In this document: piece after piece, positions 44,762-54,129 of the stretch
How positions within the stretch are numbered: the stretch's first letter is position 1
Layout: each line of letters begins with the position of its first letter
Origin: Bdellovibrionales bacterium
GTDB taxonomy: Bacteria; Bdellovibrionota; Bdellovibrionia; Bdellovibrionales; JAGQZY01
DNA: 64,000 nucleotides
Assembly (NCBI GenBank): GCA_031429075.1
Contig: JANOYW010000025.1
Span: 325-64,324 of the forward strand
Reading direction: 5' to 3'
Position numbers and translations under genes: made by a program
Notes under the pieces: model-generated
The model's input: the letters and a program-made list of their open reading frames with translations, nothing else
Told to the model about the DNA's origin: nothing
The model's database searches: none

Positions 44762-45514
44762 TCACCCAAAGCTCTTAACCATCGAGCCGACAATCAAACT
44801 CCATCCATCCACTAAAACAAAAATCATAATTTTAAACGGCAAGGAGATCACCACCGGCGGCAACATCATCATCCCCAGCGCCATCAAAACGCTGGCCACA
44901 ATCATGTCGATCACCAAAAACGGCAGATAAATAATAAAGCCAATTTGAAAAGCCGTTTTTAATTCCGAAATCACAAACGCAGGAATAAGAACCGTTGTTG
45001 GTACATCGGCGCGAGTTTTTGGATTGTTGACTTTGGAGAGTCGCAAAAAGAGCTCTAAATCTGCTGGACGGGTTTGCGAAAACATAAATTTGCGAAGCGG
45101 CACAAGCGCTTTTTCAATGGCGATATCTTGTTTCATCTGCCCGTTCACATAGGGCTGAAGAGCATCGGTATTGATCTTTTCAAAAACTGGCTGCATGATA
45201 AAAAACGTTAAAAATAACGACATCCCCACCAAAAGTTGGTTGGGTGGCATTTGCTGTGTTCCCAAAGCCTGGCGCAAAAACGAAAAAACAATAATTAAAC
45301 GAGTAAAGCTGGTCATTAATATTAATATGGCAGGGGCCAAGGTTAATATTGTGAGCAAGATCAAAATTTGAATGGACGACACAATCTCTTGCGGGTTGTT
45401 TGTGGACTTCATCGAAAAATTAACCGAAGGCACAGTCACATTCGACTGTGCCAAAGCCCACGAAGAGGCTCCCAAGATCAAGAGCACTAAAGGCAGCTTA
45501 CATATCTGTTTCAT
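44762..45514 (-). CDS. fliP: Flagellar export apparatus protein
   Basis: Track ORF 44762..45553. ATG 45514 gives signal peptide MKQICKLPLVLLILGASSWALA. Conserved segments are FTRLIIVFSFLRQALGTQQMPPNQ and AFQIGFIIYLPFLVIDMIVASVLMALGMMMLPP. Confidence 0.9.
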   Translation of the reverse strand: MKQICKLPLVLLILGASSWALAQSNVTVPSVNFSMKSTNNPQEIVSSIQILILLTILTLAPAILILMTSFTRLIIVFSFLRQALGTQQMPPNQLLVGMSLFLTFFIMQPVFEKINTDALQPYVNGQMKQDIAIEKALVPLRKFMFSQTRPADLELFLRLSKVNNPKTRADVPTTVLIPAFVISELKTAFQIGFIIYLPFLVIDMIVASVLMALGMMMLPPVVISLPFKIMIFVLVDGWSLIVGSMVKSFG

Positions 45515-46568
45515 CGATATACTTTCTTTTTTGGAAAATCTTTTTAACGTCACTTAAAGAGGAGACCGAAAATGAGTCTTCGATTTCCTGTGCGTGGGTA
45601 TCTACGTTATTGGATCGCGCGTCCATACGCTTGACCGCTGTTTTAAAATCTTGAGGATCGAGATCTGGGAGTTCATCGTCGATGACAGATAGTTGCTTGA
45701 TTAAGGAAATATTATGGTCCGTTACGCCGAGGAGTAAGTACTCGCCTGACACTCTCACGAGGGTGAGCTGTCTTTTTGGTCCCAAATACTTTTGCGACAC
45801 AACTTTGATCGAATCGTGATTAAAAGCCGCACCTGATTTTTTCTCTTTTAATTTTTTATTAATAAAAAACAACGAGCCCATTAAAACGAGCAACGCCATA
45901 AAACCCGCAGCGATACGACCCATTCCTGAAGCCGAACTCACTTCGGCTTTGACATTTTTTACTTTTAAAGGAATTTCTTTTTCTTCTTTAGTCTCATCCA
46001 GAGCCATCTCCTGTTCGAGGCTTTTTGCAGTCGAAGCCAAAGGCGTATTACTTTCGGCTTCCGAAGGTTCCATGGAGAGCACGCTTTTTTGTGCGATGTG
46101 ATCCTGCATCATAGCCATGGACTCTAATTTGACTTCGTACATGCGGCTGAGCTCTTTGATATTATGGGGAAGCATCGCCACCGAGCTATCTAACACCATG
46201 GTGAGCTTGTTGCTGTCTTTTAAAAACCGCACTTGCTCGTGGTAGTTGGAAGCCACTTTTTCGTTATTTAAATTAATACGAATTCGCAAACCTTTTTGAT
46301 CGGGCTGCGAAGCGTAGATGTTGTTAATGTCGGCTTCGCCCACATCCACAAACATTTTGTCTTTTTTAATTTGCACACCCGCCAAGTCCCACTCGATCGT
46401 CCGACGCATAAAGCGCGCTTCGATCTGATCCTGGTTGACCTCTTGAGCCATATCCATATGAATCAAGGTGGTCGTTCCTTTGTGCTCTACTTGAATACTC
46501 TTCAGCGTATTCAAGTCGGCAGCAAAAGCCTGCATACAAAAGTTTAAAATTAAACTCGCGATCATCAT
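45498..46568 (-). CDS. fliO: Unusually long FliO-like protein with an N-terminal signal peptide and an AMIN-like domain
   Basis: 356 aa. A central TM (AAGFMALLVLMGSLFFI) is followed by a FliO-type motif, YLGPKRQLTLVRVSGEYLLLGVTDHNISLIKQL. About 200 extra N-terminal residues begin with a signal peptide. The position between fliN and fliP supports the call. Confidence 0.6.
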   Translation of the reverse strand: MMIASLILNFCMQAFAADLNTLKSIQVEHKGTTTLIHMDMAQEVNQDQIEARFMRRTIEWDLAGVQIKKDKMFVDVGEADINNIYASQPDQKGLRIRINLNNEKVASNYHEQVRFLKDSNKLTMVLDSSVAMLPHNIKELSRMYEVKLESMAMMQDHIAQKSVLSMEPSEAESNTPLASTAKSLEQEMALDETKEEKEIPLKVKNVKAEVSSASGMGRIAAGFMALLVLMGSLFFINKKLKEKKSGAAFNHDSIKVVSQKYLGPKRQLTLVRVSGEYLLLGVTDHNISLIKQLSVIDDELPDLDPQDFKTAVKRMDARSNNVDTHAQEIEDSFSVSSLSDVKKIFQKRKYIDETDM

Positions 46569-46885
46569 TTGAGTTGCTCCACGCGTTCTTTAGGTGAAAT
46601 CACATCTGTTAAACGCACGCCAAATTTATCATTCACCACCACCGCTTCGCCCTTGGCGATGAGCTTGTCGTTGACGTAAATTTCCATGGCTTCGCCCGCC
46701 AATTTATTTAACTCGATCACGCTGCCCTGGCCAAGATTGAGCAAATCGCTCACCACAATTTTGGTTCTGCCAAGTTCGGCTGTGAGCTTGAGAGGAATAT
46801 CCAATATCATATTAATATTGGGCTCGCCCCCGTTAACTTCGTGCAAATGGCTTTCCCCGGATTCCTTTTTTGCTGCGTCTGTCAT
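46565..46885 (-). CDS. fliN: Flagellar motor switch protein
   Basis: 106 aa. SpoA domain (ILDIPLKLTAELGRTKIVVSDLLNLGQGSVIELNKLAGEAMEIYVNDKLIAKGEAVVVNDKFGVRL). Confidence 0.9.
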   Translation of the reverse strand: MTDAAKKESGESHLHEVNGGEPNINMILDIPLKLTAELGRTKIVVSDLLNLGQGSVIELNKLAGEAMEIYVNDKLIAKGEAVVVNDKFGVRLTDVISPKERVEQLK

Positions 46886-46897
46886 ATATTCCCCCTT

Positions 46898-47878
46898 TTA
46901 TCTTTTATTAATTTTTTCGGTTATTTTCATCGCCACAGAACCGTGGCTTGTTCCGTAAAAGCCTTTAAACTTTTTCACACCCTCAACAAGCACGTCGATC
47001 TCTTTGCTGGCATCTTGGTTCAACGGCAAAATGTCGCCCACCTTGAGTTCCATCAAATCTTTGATCGAAAAAATGCTTTCCCCGAGATTTACTTTGATAT
47101 CCACACTGACATCTTTTAATTGTTCAGAAATAATTTTTGACCAGATTCGCTTATCAGTTTGATCGGCTTCCACCTGAAAGCCCGAAGATAATTTTTGTTT
47201 TATGGGCTCAATGGCCGAGTATGGAATCACCAAAGTAATGGTCCCGCTGGCTTTTTCGAGTTCCACATCAAACGTAGAAGCAATCACCACATCGGTTGGC
47301 GGCACGATGCCCACAAACTGTGGATTCACTTCGGTTCGCACAAAACTGCAATCGATCACTTCCACCGATTCCCAAGCCACCTCGAGATCCTGAATGGCGA
47401 GCTCCACAACTTTTTTAACAATGGATAATTCGATGGGTGTAAAATCTTTGCCTTCGACTTTTGTGTAAGGACGATCATCGCCACCAAAAAAACTATCGAT
47501 CAACGCATAGGCCAGTTTGGTTTCGATCACAAACAGTGCCGAACCGCGCAGATTTCCCATCCGCAGAACACTCATACAGGTGGGCGCTGGCAGGGTGTTA
47601 ATAAACTCGCCGAATTTTAAAAAGTCTGTACTCGAGTGGTTAAGGGCGGCAATTTTGCGAATGGCCGACGACAGCGTAACGCGAAACGAGCGCATAAACT
47701 TTTCGTAAATAACATCGAGCTGTGGAAGCCGACCACGGATGATGCGATCTTGGCTGGTGAGATCATAAACCACCACCACACGGTCATCCTGCTTGCCCCG
47801 GCTATCCAGCTTGATCTCGTTATCGGAAACCGCCGATAACAGTGCATCCACTTCGCTTTGCGATAAAACCTGATTCAT
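46898..47878 (-). CDS. fliM: Flagellar motor switch protein
   Basis: 326 aa with the N-terminal CheY-P-binding motif LSQSEVDALLSAV. Conserved middle and C-terminal domains are present. Confidence 0.9.
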   Translation of the reverse strand: MNQVLSQSEVDALLSAVSDNEIKLDSRGKQDDRVVVVYDLTSQDRIIRGRLPQLDVIYEKFMRSFRVTLSSAIRKIAALNHSSTDFLKFGEFINTLPAPTCMSVLRMGNLRGSALFVIETKLAYALIDSFFGGDDRPYTKVEGKDFTPIELSIVKKVVELAIQDLEVAWESVEVIDCSFVRTEVNPQFVGIVPPTDVVIASTFDVELEKASGTITLVIPYSAIEPIKQKLSSGFQVEADQTDKRIWSKIISEQLKDVSVDIKVNLGESIFSIKDLMELKVGDILPLNQDASKEIDVLVEGVKKFKGFYGTSHGSVAMKITEKINKR

Positions 47879-47885
47879 ACAACCC

Positions 47886-48446
47886 CTACTGGAATAAAAA
47901 CTCTGTGAATAAAATCTTTTTGATCTTTCCCTTAGTAAGTATCGAATTTACTGTGTCGATGATTTCTGCTTTTAATTTATCCTGTGCATTTTCGCCGGAG
48001 ACTTCGCCGTACCGTTTACTTGTTAGTAAAATGATAATCATGTCGCGCACTTGCGCTTGGCGCTTTAAGATCTCGTCCTGCGCAGGCGTTGTATCCACCT
48101 CAAGGCTCATCGTGACCTTTAAAAGTTTGTAACCTTCACTGCCGTCCAGATTGACGTAAAAGGTTTCGAGAGCGACCAGTTTTAACTCGTGATCGGATGG
48201 TTTCTTTTCATCCTTCGCCGCAGGTCCGTCTTTTATTTCGCCAATTTCTGTGGCGGCTTTTACGACTTCCCGGGTTGCCTTTGAATATTGATAAAGGCCA
48301 AATCCCACTCCGGCAAACGCCAGGGAGTTTACAACCACAAGGATCATAAGGATCAAGGAACGCTTGTCTGAACCTTGACCTGAGTCTGGTGATTTACCAT
48401 CGCCCTCTTCCGCTTTTGATTTTTTTGCTGCATTTGCGTCTGCCAC
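47886..48446 (-). CDS. fliL: Flagellar basal-body-associated protein
   Basis: 186 aa with a GTG start. Single TM (LILMILVVVNSLAFAGVGFGL), and FliL-type C-terminal domain (FYVNLDGSEGYKLLKVTMSLEV ... RDMIIILLTS). Confidence 0.8.
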   Translation of the reverse strand: MADANAAKKSKAEEGDGKSPDSGQGSDKRSLILMILVVVNSLAFAGVGFGLYQYSKATREVVKAATEIGEIKDGPAAKDEKKPSDHELKLVALETFYVNLDGSEGYKLLKVTMSLEVDTTPAQDEILKRQAQVRDMIIILLTSKRYGEVSGENAQDKLKAEIIDTVNSILTKGKIKKILFTEFLFQ

Positions 48447-48490
48447 TCTTCCCCCATGACATTTTCTTTCAACTGTTCATACAGTGTGTG

Positions 48491-48506
48491 AGCAACTTGG
48501 GTGCCA
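48491..48506 (-). promoter_or_regulatory. Sigma-54 (RpoN) promoter candidate for the fliL operon
   Basis: Minus strand reads TGGCAC-CCAAG-TTGCT, against the consensus TGGCAC-N5-TTGC(A/T). It lies about 45 nt upstream of the fliL GTG. Confidence 0.6.
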
Positions 48507-48672
48507 CACAGACTTTAGAGCAGGTGTGGGGGTCTCCTCCAATTTACAGGTTTTGAACCCCCGAAAGGATCGATGTTCTGACTCGCCAGAGCCGGTATAT
48601 TGACAGGACTGAGGAAAGTTCGGCTATGGCTAGGTGTGTCCTAGACTTGTTGGAATTTCGAAGTCCAGGCCA

Positions 48673-48700
48673 TTGACCCTCATCGAACAAATCTTGTAAT
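48673..48700 (+). promoter_or_regulatory. Sigma-70-type promoter candidate for the SPOR gene
   Basis: TTGACC-N16-TGTAAT, about 50 nt upstream of ATG 48752. Confidence 0.35.
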
Positions 48701-48751
48701 CTTGGAACAGGGCTCTAGTGGCTAGAGTTACAGAAACGAAGAGGACGAATT

Positions 48752-49459
48752 ATGAAAAAGAATGAAGCTTCCAAAAAAGATGGACGTTTGGAAAAAGTTG
48801 TCGTGTTTTTATTAGTGGTTTTAATTTCTCTCCTCTCTTTCAGCGTAGGTGTGATTTCGGGAAAAGGTTTGAGCGATAAAGAATATGCTCTTAAAGCCAT
48901 CGATCAAAAAAATTCGCATGCTTTGAACAGTGACGAGTCCGAAGAAGTTCCTGCAGACGCAGATCTTTCCGAAGAAGAAATTCAGCAGCTCGCCAATGCG
49001 GCGATTCAGGCTGCCGAAAAAAATGGTGACATTAAAAAAGACGACGCGAACGATGAAGACACCGAAGCTGCAGAAATCGCTGCTCTCGAGAAAAAAGCTA
49101 ACGGCAAAGCCGGCACCTCCGCTCCTGTGGCTCAGTCGGCCCCCGCTACGGTGACAGTCGCAATCGCCCCTAAAACCGACGATCGTTTTCCGACCAGCGT
49201 AAAAAAAGGTGCCGCCGAAGCTGAGTACACTGTGCAGGTGGCCGCATATCCAAATCCCAAGGATGCAGAGGCGATGTCTGCCACTCTGATTAAAAAAGGC
49301 CTTCCGGCGTTTCCGGTAAAAGTGATGCTCAATGGCGCTGAGTGGTACAAAGTGAGTGTCGGCAGCTTCAAAAACCGCAAAGAAGCTATGGACTATCAGG
49401 CCGAGCTTAAAAAGCAAGGCGTGGTCAAAGACGCGTTTGTTCAAAAAATAGTCAAGTAA
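48752..49459 (+). CDS. SPOR-domain (peptidoglycan-binding) membrane protein
   Basis: 235 aa. N-terminal TM, an acidic linker, and a C-terminal SPOR-like domain (YTVQVAAYPNPKDAEAMSATLIKKGLPAF...WYKVSVGSFKNRKEAMDYQAELKKQG). Confidence 0.75.
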   Translation: MKKNEASKKDGRLEKVVVFLLVVLISLLSFSVGVISGKGLSDKEYALKAIDQKNSHALNSDESEEVPADADLSEEEIQQLANAAIQAAEKNGDIKKDDANDEDTEAAEIAALEKKANGKAGTSAPVAQSAPATVTVAIAPKTDDRFPTSVKKGAAEAEYTVQVAAYPNPKDAEAMSATLIKKGLPAFPVKVMLNGAEWYKVSVGSFKNRKEAMDYQAELKKQGVVKDAFVQKIVK

Positions 49460-49532
49460 GTTTACCCAATTAGCGCCCATCCTGGGCAACCCTCATTGAC
49501 ATCGACCGCAGAATGATTAAGTTTAGCGGTCT

Positions 49533-51752
49533 ATGTCTTCTGTCAGTCTGAATCCAGCCCAACAACAAGCTGTCATACATACCGGATCGCCACTGCTTAT
49601 TTTAGCCGGCGCAGGCTCTGGAAAAACCCGAGTTCTCACACAAAAAATCTGTCATCTTATCGAAACCAATCAATATCATCCCCGCGAAATTTTGGCGGTC
49701 ACCTTTACCAACAAAGCCGCTCGCGAAATGAAGGAGCGTATGTCGCGCATGCTCCCTCCGCATTTGGCCTACGATGTGTGGATCAGCACCTTCCACTCCC
49801 TGGGAGTGCAGATTTTGCGGCGCTATGCGGACGTGATGGGTTACAAAAAAGGCTTTACGATCTTTGACGACAGCGATCAAACCACGGTGATTAAAAAAGT
49901 TTTAAAAAAATTAAACCTTAACGAAAAAATTATCACTCCCAAGTTTTGCCAGTCGCGCATCAACATGGCAAAAGCGTCTGTTCTCACGCAGCAACAGATC
50001 GATTCGCAAAAATCTTTGTTTAATAAAGAGTTTACTGCAGTGTTCGCCGCCTATGAGCAAGAGCTTAAAGCCAACAATGCTTTTGATTTTGGCGATTTGA
50101 TTTCAAAAACCCTGTACTTGGTCGAAAACTATCCGCAGGTGCAGCAAGAGCTGCAAAATACTTTTCGTTTTGTAATGGTGGACGAGTATCAGGATACCAA
50201 CGTCAGCCAGTACCGCCTGATGAAAGCTTTGTGCCCAGACAAAAGCAACATCTGCGTTGTGGGCGACGAAGATCAGTCGATCTACGCGTGGCGTGGAGCA
50301 GATATTACAAACATCCTCAATTTCGAAAAAGACTTTCCCGGTACGCAGGTGATCAAGCTTGAGCAAAACTACCGCTCAACAAAAAATATTATCACCGCGG
50401 CTTCGGCTGTGATTCAGCACAACTCCCAGCGCCACGACAAAAAACTATTTACCGACAACCCGGACGGCGAACTTATAAAAATCGTGAACGTTGAAAACGA
50501 ATACGAAGAGTCCCAGTACGTAGCAGACCGAATTTCGCACCTCCACCTCAGTGGCACTCCGCTCAGTGATATCGCCGTTTTTTATCGCACCAACGCCCAG
50601 TCGCGGGTGATCGAAGAACAACTGCGCAATAAACAACTGACGTACAAACTTTTTGGCGGTATTCGTTTTTATGATCGCAAAGAGATCAAGGACATCGCCT
50701 CGTATTTAAATCTTTTGCTCAATCCCACAGACGATGTGTCGTTTAAACGTGTGGTCAATGTTCCCGCGCGCAGCCTTGGCAAAACTTCTGTGGAGCAGAT
50801 CGAGCAAATCAGTATTGATAACAACTGCAGCATGGTGGAAGCCTCCATCCGCGCCGTGCAGGGAAAACTTCTCACCTCGCGGGCGAACAACAAACTGAGT
50901 GAGTTTTTGGATTTGCTCGTCAAGCTTCGCGAAAAAAGCAACAGCATGGATATCTACGCTCTCTACAACGAAATTTTGCAGGACACTGGCTATCTGCGGG
51001 AGCTCGAGCAAGACGACACCATCGAGTCCAAATCCCGTATCGAAAACTTGCAGGAATTCGGAAACGCCATAATGCGCTTTATCGAAACCCATCAAGACGA
51101 CGTGTCGCTGGAAAAATTTTTAAGTGACATGGCTTTAGTTTCCGACGCCGATACTTTAGCCGCCGACAATCAACCTTCCATTACGCTGATGACATTGCAT
51201 ATTTCGAAAGGTTTGGAATTTCCCCATGTGTTTATGCTGGGCATGGAAGAGGGATTATTTCCCGGCCACCAGAGCATCGAAGAAGCCGGCGATCGCATGG
51301 AAGAAGAGCGACGCCTCTGCTACGTGGGCATGACCCGTGCCGAAAAGTCGTTGTACATGTGCCATGCTCGCAGTCGTCGCCATTGGGGCGAACACCAGTT
51401 TAATCCCCCCAGTCGCTTTTTAGACGAAATCCCATCGCACCTCTCCGAGCCCGTGAGTTTGATTCAGCGCCGTCCGCAATTTATGAATCGCACAAGCACA
51501 TTTAGCAAACCACAATCTTCCGCTCATCAATTGAGCTCCGGTTTTGATACATTCCCCGATTACGAAAACATGAGCGACGTGCAAGACGGCAACCCCTACA
51601 GAAAGGGAGCCCGCGTTCGCCACCCGGTGTTTGGCGCGGGCGCGATTTTTAGTGTTGAAGGCTCGGGTGATTCCATCAAAGTTGCGATTCTGTTCACTGA
51701 TCAATCCATCAAAAAGTTTATTGCCAAGCACGCAAACTTAACGTTTATTTAA
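49533..51752 (+). CDS. ATP-dependent DNA helicase, UvrD/PcrA/Rep family
   Basis: 739 aa. SF1 motifs are present (AGAGSGKTRVLT, TFHSLG, VMVDEYQDTN, NYRST, YVGMTRA). Confidence 0.9.
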   Translation: MSSVSLNPAQQQAVIHTGSPLLILAGAGSGKTRVLTQKICHLIETNQYHPREILAVTFTNKAAREMKERMSRMLPPHLAYDVWISTFHSLGVQILRRYADVMGYKKGFTIFDDSDQTTVIKKVLKKLNLNEKIITPKFCQSRINMAKASVLTQQQIDSQKSLFNKEFTAVFAAYEQELKANNAFDFGDLISKTLYLVENYPQVQQELQNTFRFVMVDEYQDTNVSQYRLMKALCPDKSNICVVGDEDQSIYAWRGADITNILNFEKDFPGTQVIKLEQNYRSTKNIITAASAVIQHNSQRHDKKLFTDNPDGELIKIVNVENEYEESQYVADRISHLHLSGTPLSDIAVFYRTNAQSRVIEEQLRNKQLTYKLFGGIRFYDRKEIKDIASYLNLLLNPTDDVSFKRVVNVPARSLGKTSVEQIEQISIDNNCSMVEASIRAVQGKLLTSRANNKLSEFLDLLVKLREKSNSMDIYALYNEILQDTGYLRELEQDDTIESKSRIENLQEFGNAIMRFIETHQDDVSLEKFLSDMALVSDADTLAADNQPSITLMTLHISKGLEFPHVFMLGMEEGLFPGHQSIEEAGDRMEEERRLCYVGMTRAEKSLYMCHARSRRHWGEHQFNPPSRFLDEIPSHLSEPVSLIQRRPQFMNRTSTFSKPQSSAHQLSSGFDTFPDYENMSDVQDGNPYRKGARVRHPVFGAGAIFSVEGSGDSIKVAILFTDQSIKKFIAKHANLTFI

Positions 51753-51756
51753 TTGT

Positions 51757-52059
51757 ATGAACGACTTAAATATTTACATCCGAAGACTATTGGCCCTCCC
51801 CTACATCCCAAGCTTACTCAGCTGGATTTTTTTTGGTCTTCTGGCCGGCGTGGTTGCAAAACTCCTTCTGCCTGGGCAAGAGGGTCTTGGGTGGATTCGC
51901 ACCATTATCGTTGGTATTTGCGGCGCCTTCCTCGGCGCCTTCGTCGCAACCTCCATGGGCTACAACGTGAGTGTTGGCTGGAACATCATGGGGTTCATCG
52001 CTGCGGTTGGCGGCTCCATTGCCCTTCTTTTAATCCACCGCTTAGTCACCAAAACATAA
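51757..52059 (+). CDS. GlsB/YeaQ/YmgE-family transglycosylase-associated membrane protein
   Basis: 100 aa. The segment WIFFGLLAGVVAKLLLPGQEGLGWIRTIIVGICGAFLGAFV is typical of the family. Confidence 0.8.
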   Translation: MNDLNIYIRRLLALPYIPSLLSWIFFGLLAGVVAKLLLPGQEGLGWIRTIIVGICGAFLGAFVATSMGYNVSVGWNIMGFIAAVGGSIALLLIHRLVTKT

Positions 52060-52149
52060 CCACTCAGCCAATTATATTGAACAACGCAAGCTGTTCCTGT
52101 TTGCAAGTGAGCCCGCTGTTGTTATGATTTTTTTAATCCAGGAGGCCCT

Positions 52150-52449
52150 ATGGTCATGTTGTGCAAAGTTTGTTTCGTTTTAGTTTTTATCGCCTGCTTG
52201 TCAGCGTGCTCGAGTCATCCGATCAAGCCTGAAGGCAAAAATGTGGAAGTCAGTCGCAACGATGCCGATAAAGATTGCAAAGAAATTGGACGTGTTGAAG
52301 GGCGAGTGAAAAACGTCAAAGGCAACTTTGACGAAGCCCTGGAAGATCTAAAATTGGATGCCGCTCGCAAAGGGGCCAATTACGTAAAAATGGAACAGAC
52401 CGGAGCCATGGGGCAATCGGTGGCTGGCGTCGCTTACTTTTGCGATTAG
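52150..52449 (+). CDS. DUF4156-like lipoprotein
   Basis: 99 aa. Lipobox LSAC, and C-terminus GANYVKMEQTGAMGQSVAGVAYFC. Confidence 0.55.
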   Translation: MVMLCKVCFVLVFIACLSACSSHPIKPEGKNVEVSRNDADKDCKEIGRVEGRVKNVKGNFDEALEDLKLDAARKGANYVKMEQTGAMGQSVAGVAYFCD

Positions 52450-52465
52450 TTGAGGCCGCGGTCGG

Positions 52466-53101
52466 TCACTCGCTGATTTCAGTGAGCTCAAGAACTTCCA
52501 GGCCAGCTTCTTTCGTAAAACTCACGCGAAATTGCGTTCCAGGAAGAAAAACTAACGAAGGATCCTCTTTCGGGAAATGGAGGTCCAAACCTTCAAGACT
52601 TCTTCCGCTTTTTCCCTTTACAGAAACTAGCACCATTGGCAACCAGCCCGCGCGAGCTTGCCGCAAGTCCTGATGGAAAGTTTGTTTGCCTAAAGCAATA
52701 ATTTGCGAATTTTCCGGAAATACGGGAAGCATCCACTCCAAACGAATCACGTCACCCTGCTTGAGGTTGGCACTGTTAGGCATATCCCGGTAGGCAATGG
52801 TATAAAGTTTTGAGTCATTCGCAACCATGGGGAACTCACGAAGAAATCCTGGAACTTCTTTCTGTAACCGTTTGGGTATGTCCGTATGTAAAAAAGGATC
52901 TGTTTTGAAGGAATAGATATTCATTCGCATAAGATGAAACAGTACTGACACTTCAGAACTCGTGATCGTGCGCTCGTAAAAAATGTCGACACAATTCAAA
53001 CCCGCCATTGCGACGGACGATTGAACAGACAATCCCACTAAAATAAGCAGTTGCGCAGTAGTTATCGAAAATCGTACCGTACCCATGTATTCTCCATTCA
53101 C
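52466..53101 (-). CDS. Exported hypothetical protein
   Basis: 211 aa. Signal peptide from M6 (MGTVRFSITTAQLLILVGLSVQSSVAMA). No family confidently recognised. Confidence 0.5.
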   Translation of the reverse strand: MNGEYMGTVRFSITTAQLLILVGLSVQSSVAMAGLNCVDIFYERTITSSEVSVLFHLMRMNIYSFKTDPFLHTDIPKRLQKEVPGFLREFPMVANDSKLYTIAYRDMPNSANLKQGDVIRLEWMLPVFPENSQIIALGKQTFHQDLRQARAGWLPMVLVSVKGKSGRSLEGLDLHFPKEDPSLVFLPGTQFRVSFTKEAGLEVLELTEISE

Positions 53102-53201
53102 TAAAAATAACTATTCGAAGTGTAATAAAGCAAAAAAAATACCAATCCAAATAACGTCAGATGCTTTTTGCGGTAAAAGTGAGGGTTTATGACAAAAAAT
53201 G

Positions 53202-53741
53202 TCACTTTTCTGGCTTCGAATCAGCCAACTGCGAAGATAACGTTTTTAAAAAAATAAGATCGGTTTGGGCTTCATCGCCCATCACAAATTCGTGGGACGA
53301 TATTTTTTTAAAGCCGCGCTTTTCGTAAAATCTTTGCGCGCGGTAATTCTTTTCCCACACACCTAACCAAAAGGAACCATAGCCCAAATCGCGGGCTTTT
53401 TGTTCGCACACCGCCATCATGTGGTCGGCGAAGCCGCGCCCGTGGTAATCGGCGAGCAAATAAAAACGCTTCAACTCTAAATTGATGCCGTCGTACACTT
53501 CGTTGTTATTAAATAGCATCTGAATATAGCCCACTAATTTTTGGTCGATAAAACAGCCAAAGGTAAAAAAATCGGGATCGGCCAGTTCGCGGCGAAAGCT
53601 GTCCACCGTGAGATGGGCATCCGCGTAGCCAAAAACGTTTTTTTCGTCGTTGGTGGGCAAAAAGGTTTCAACAAAGATCCTATGGGCAATGGGAGCTAAT
53701 TTATCGGCATCTAATGGGGTGAGTGCAGTAATTTTCAGCAT
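53202..53741 (-). CDS. GNAT-family N-acetyltransferase
   Basis: 179 aa. Acetyl-CoA-binding region YHGRGFADHMMAVCEQKARDLGYGSFWLGVWEKNYRAQRFYEKRGF. Confidence 0.8.
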   Translation of the reverse strand: MLKITALTPLDADKLAPIAHRIFVETFLPTNDEKNVFGYADAHLTVDSFRRELADPDFFTFGCFIDQKLVGYIQMLFNNNEVYDGINLELKRFYLLADYHGRGFADHMMAVCEQKARDLGYGSFWLGVWEKNYRAQRFYEKRGFKKISSHEFVMGDEAQTDLIFLKTLSSQLADSKPEK

Positions 53742-53748
53742 ATGGTAA

Positions 53749-54129
53749 TTGCAAAGAATTTATGTTAAAAGCTGCTCCATGGTTATTACAAATTTAGCAG
53801 GTGAAAAAATTATCTATCCACAGCAGCAGTTGCTCCCCATTCGTTTGACGACACGATTAAAAAATACGCTGATCACGTTGGTCAAATGCGTCGCAGTTAC
53901 GGCGCTGATGTCGTTGATTCCGGTGCTGCATTTTGTACTTGTTCCGCTGGGAGGCTTTTTGACGGTGATCAGCACTTGGTTTTCGTGGAAGCGAAGTTAT
54001 TTTTTTGAACAAATCGAAATCCATTGTCCTAGCTGTGATCAAAAAACCACAGCATCCTTGGGTGGTTCTGAATTACCGCTAAGAACCTTTTGCCCCAGCT
54101 GCCGAAACATGGTTTACGTCGCAAACTAA
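53749..54129 (+). CDS. Small membrane protein with a C-terminal CxxC...CxxC zinc-ribbon-like motif
   Basis: 126 aa (TTG 53749 or ATG 53779). Two TM helices, then CPSCDQKT...FCPSCRNMVYV. Confidence 0.45.
   Translation: MQRIYVKSCSMVITNLAGEKIIYPQQQLLPIRLTTRLKNTLITLVKCVAVTALMSLIPVLHFVLVPLGGFLTVISTWFSWKRSYFFEQIEIHCPSCDQKTTASLGGSELPLRTFCPSCRNMVYVAN

Noticed and set aside
48821-49489. 222-aa ORF antisense to the SPOR-domain gene.
   Set aside because: The sense frame has a TM helix and a recognisable SPOR domain with a good promoter. The antisense translation is Phe/Arg/Gly-rich with no motifs.
52466-53101. Possible ADP-ribosyltransferase toxin. The C-terminal stretch VLVSVKGKSGRSLEGLDLHFPKEDPSLVFLPGTQFRV resembles the region around the ExE motif of ART toxins (…E-x-E-VLLPRGSxFxV).
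   Set aside because: The catalytic E-x-E is not present at the aligned positions, which read P-S-L. No S-T-S motif or clear Arg motif could be aligned either. The similarity is to a short beta-strand pattern only. I keep it as a hypothetical exported protein; structure prediction could revisit this.
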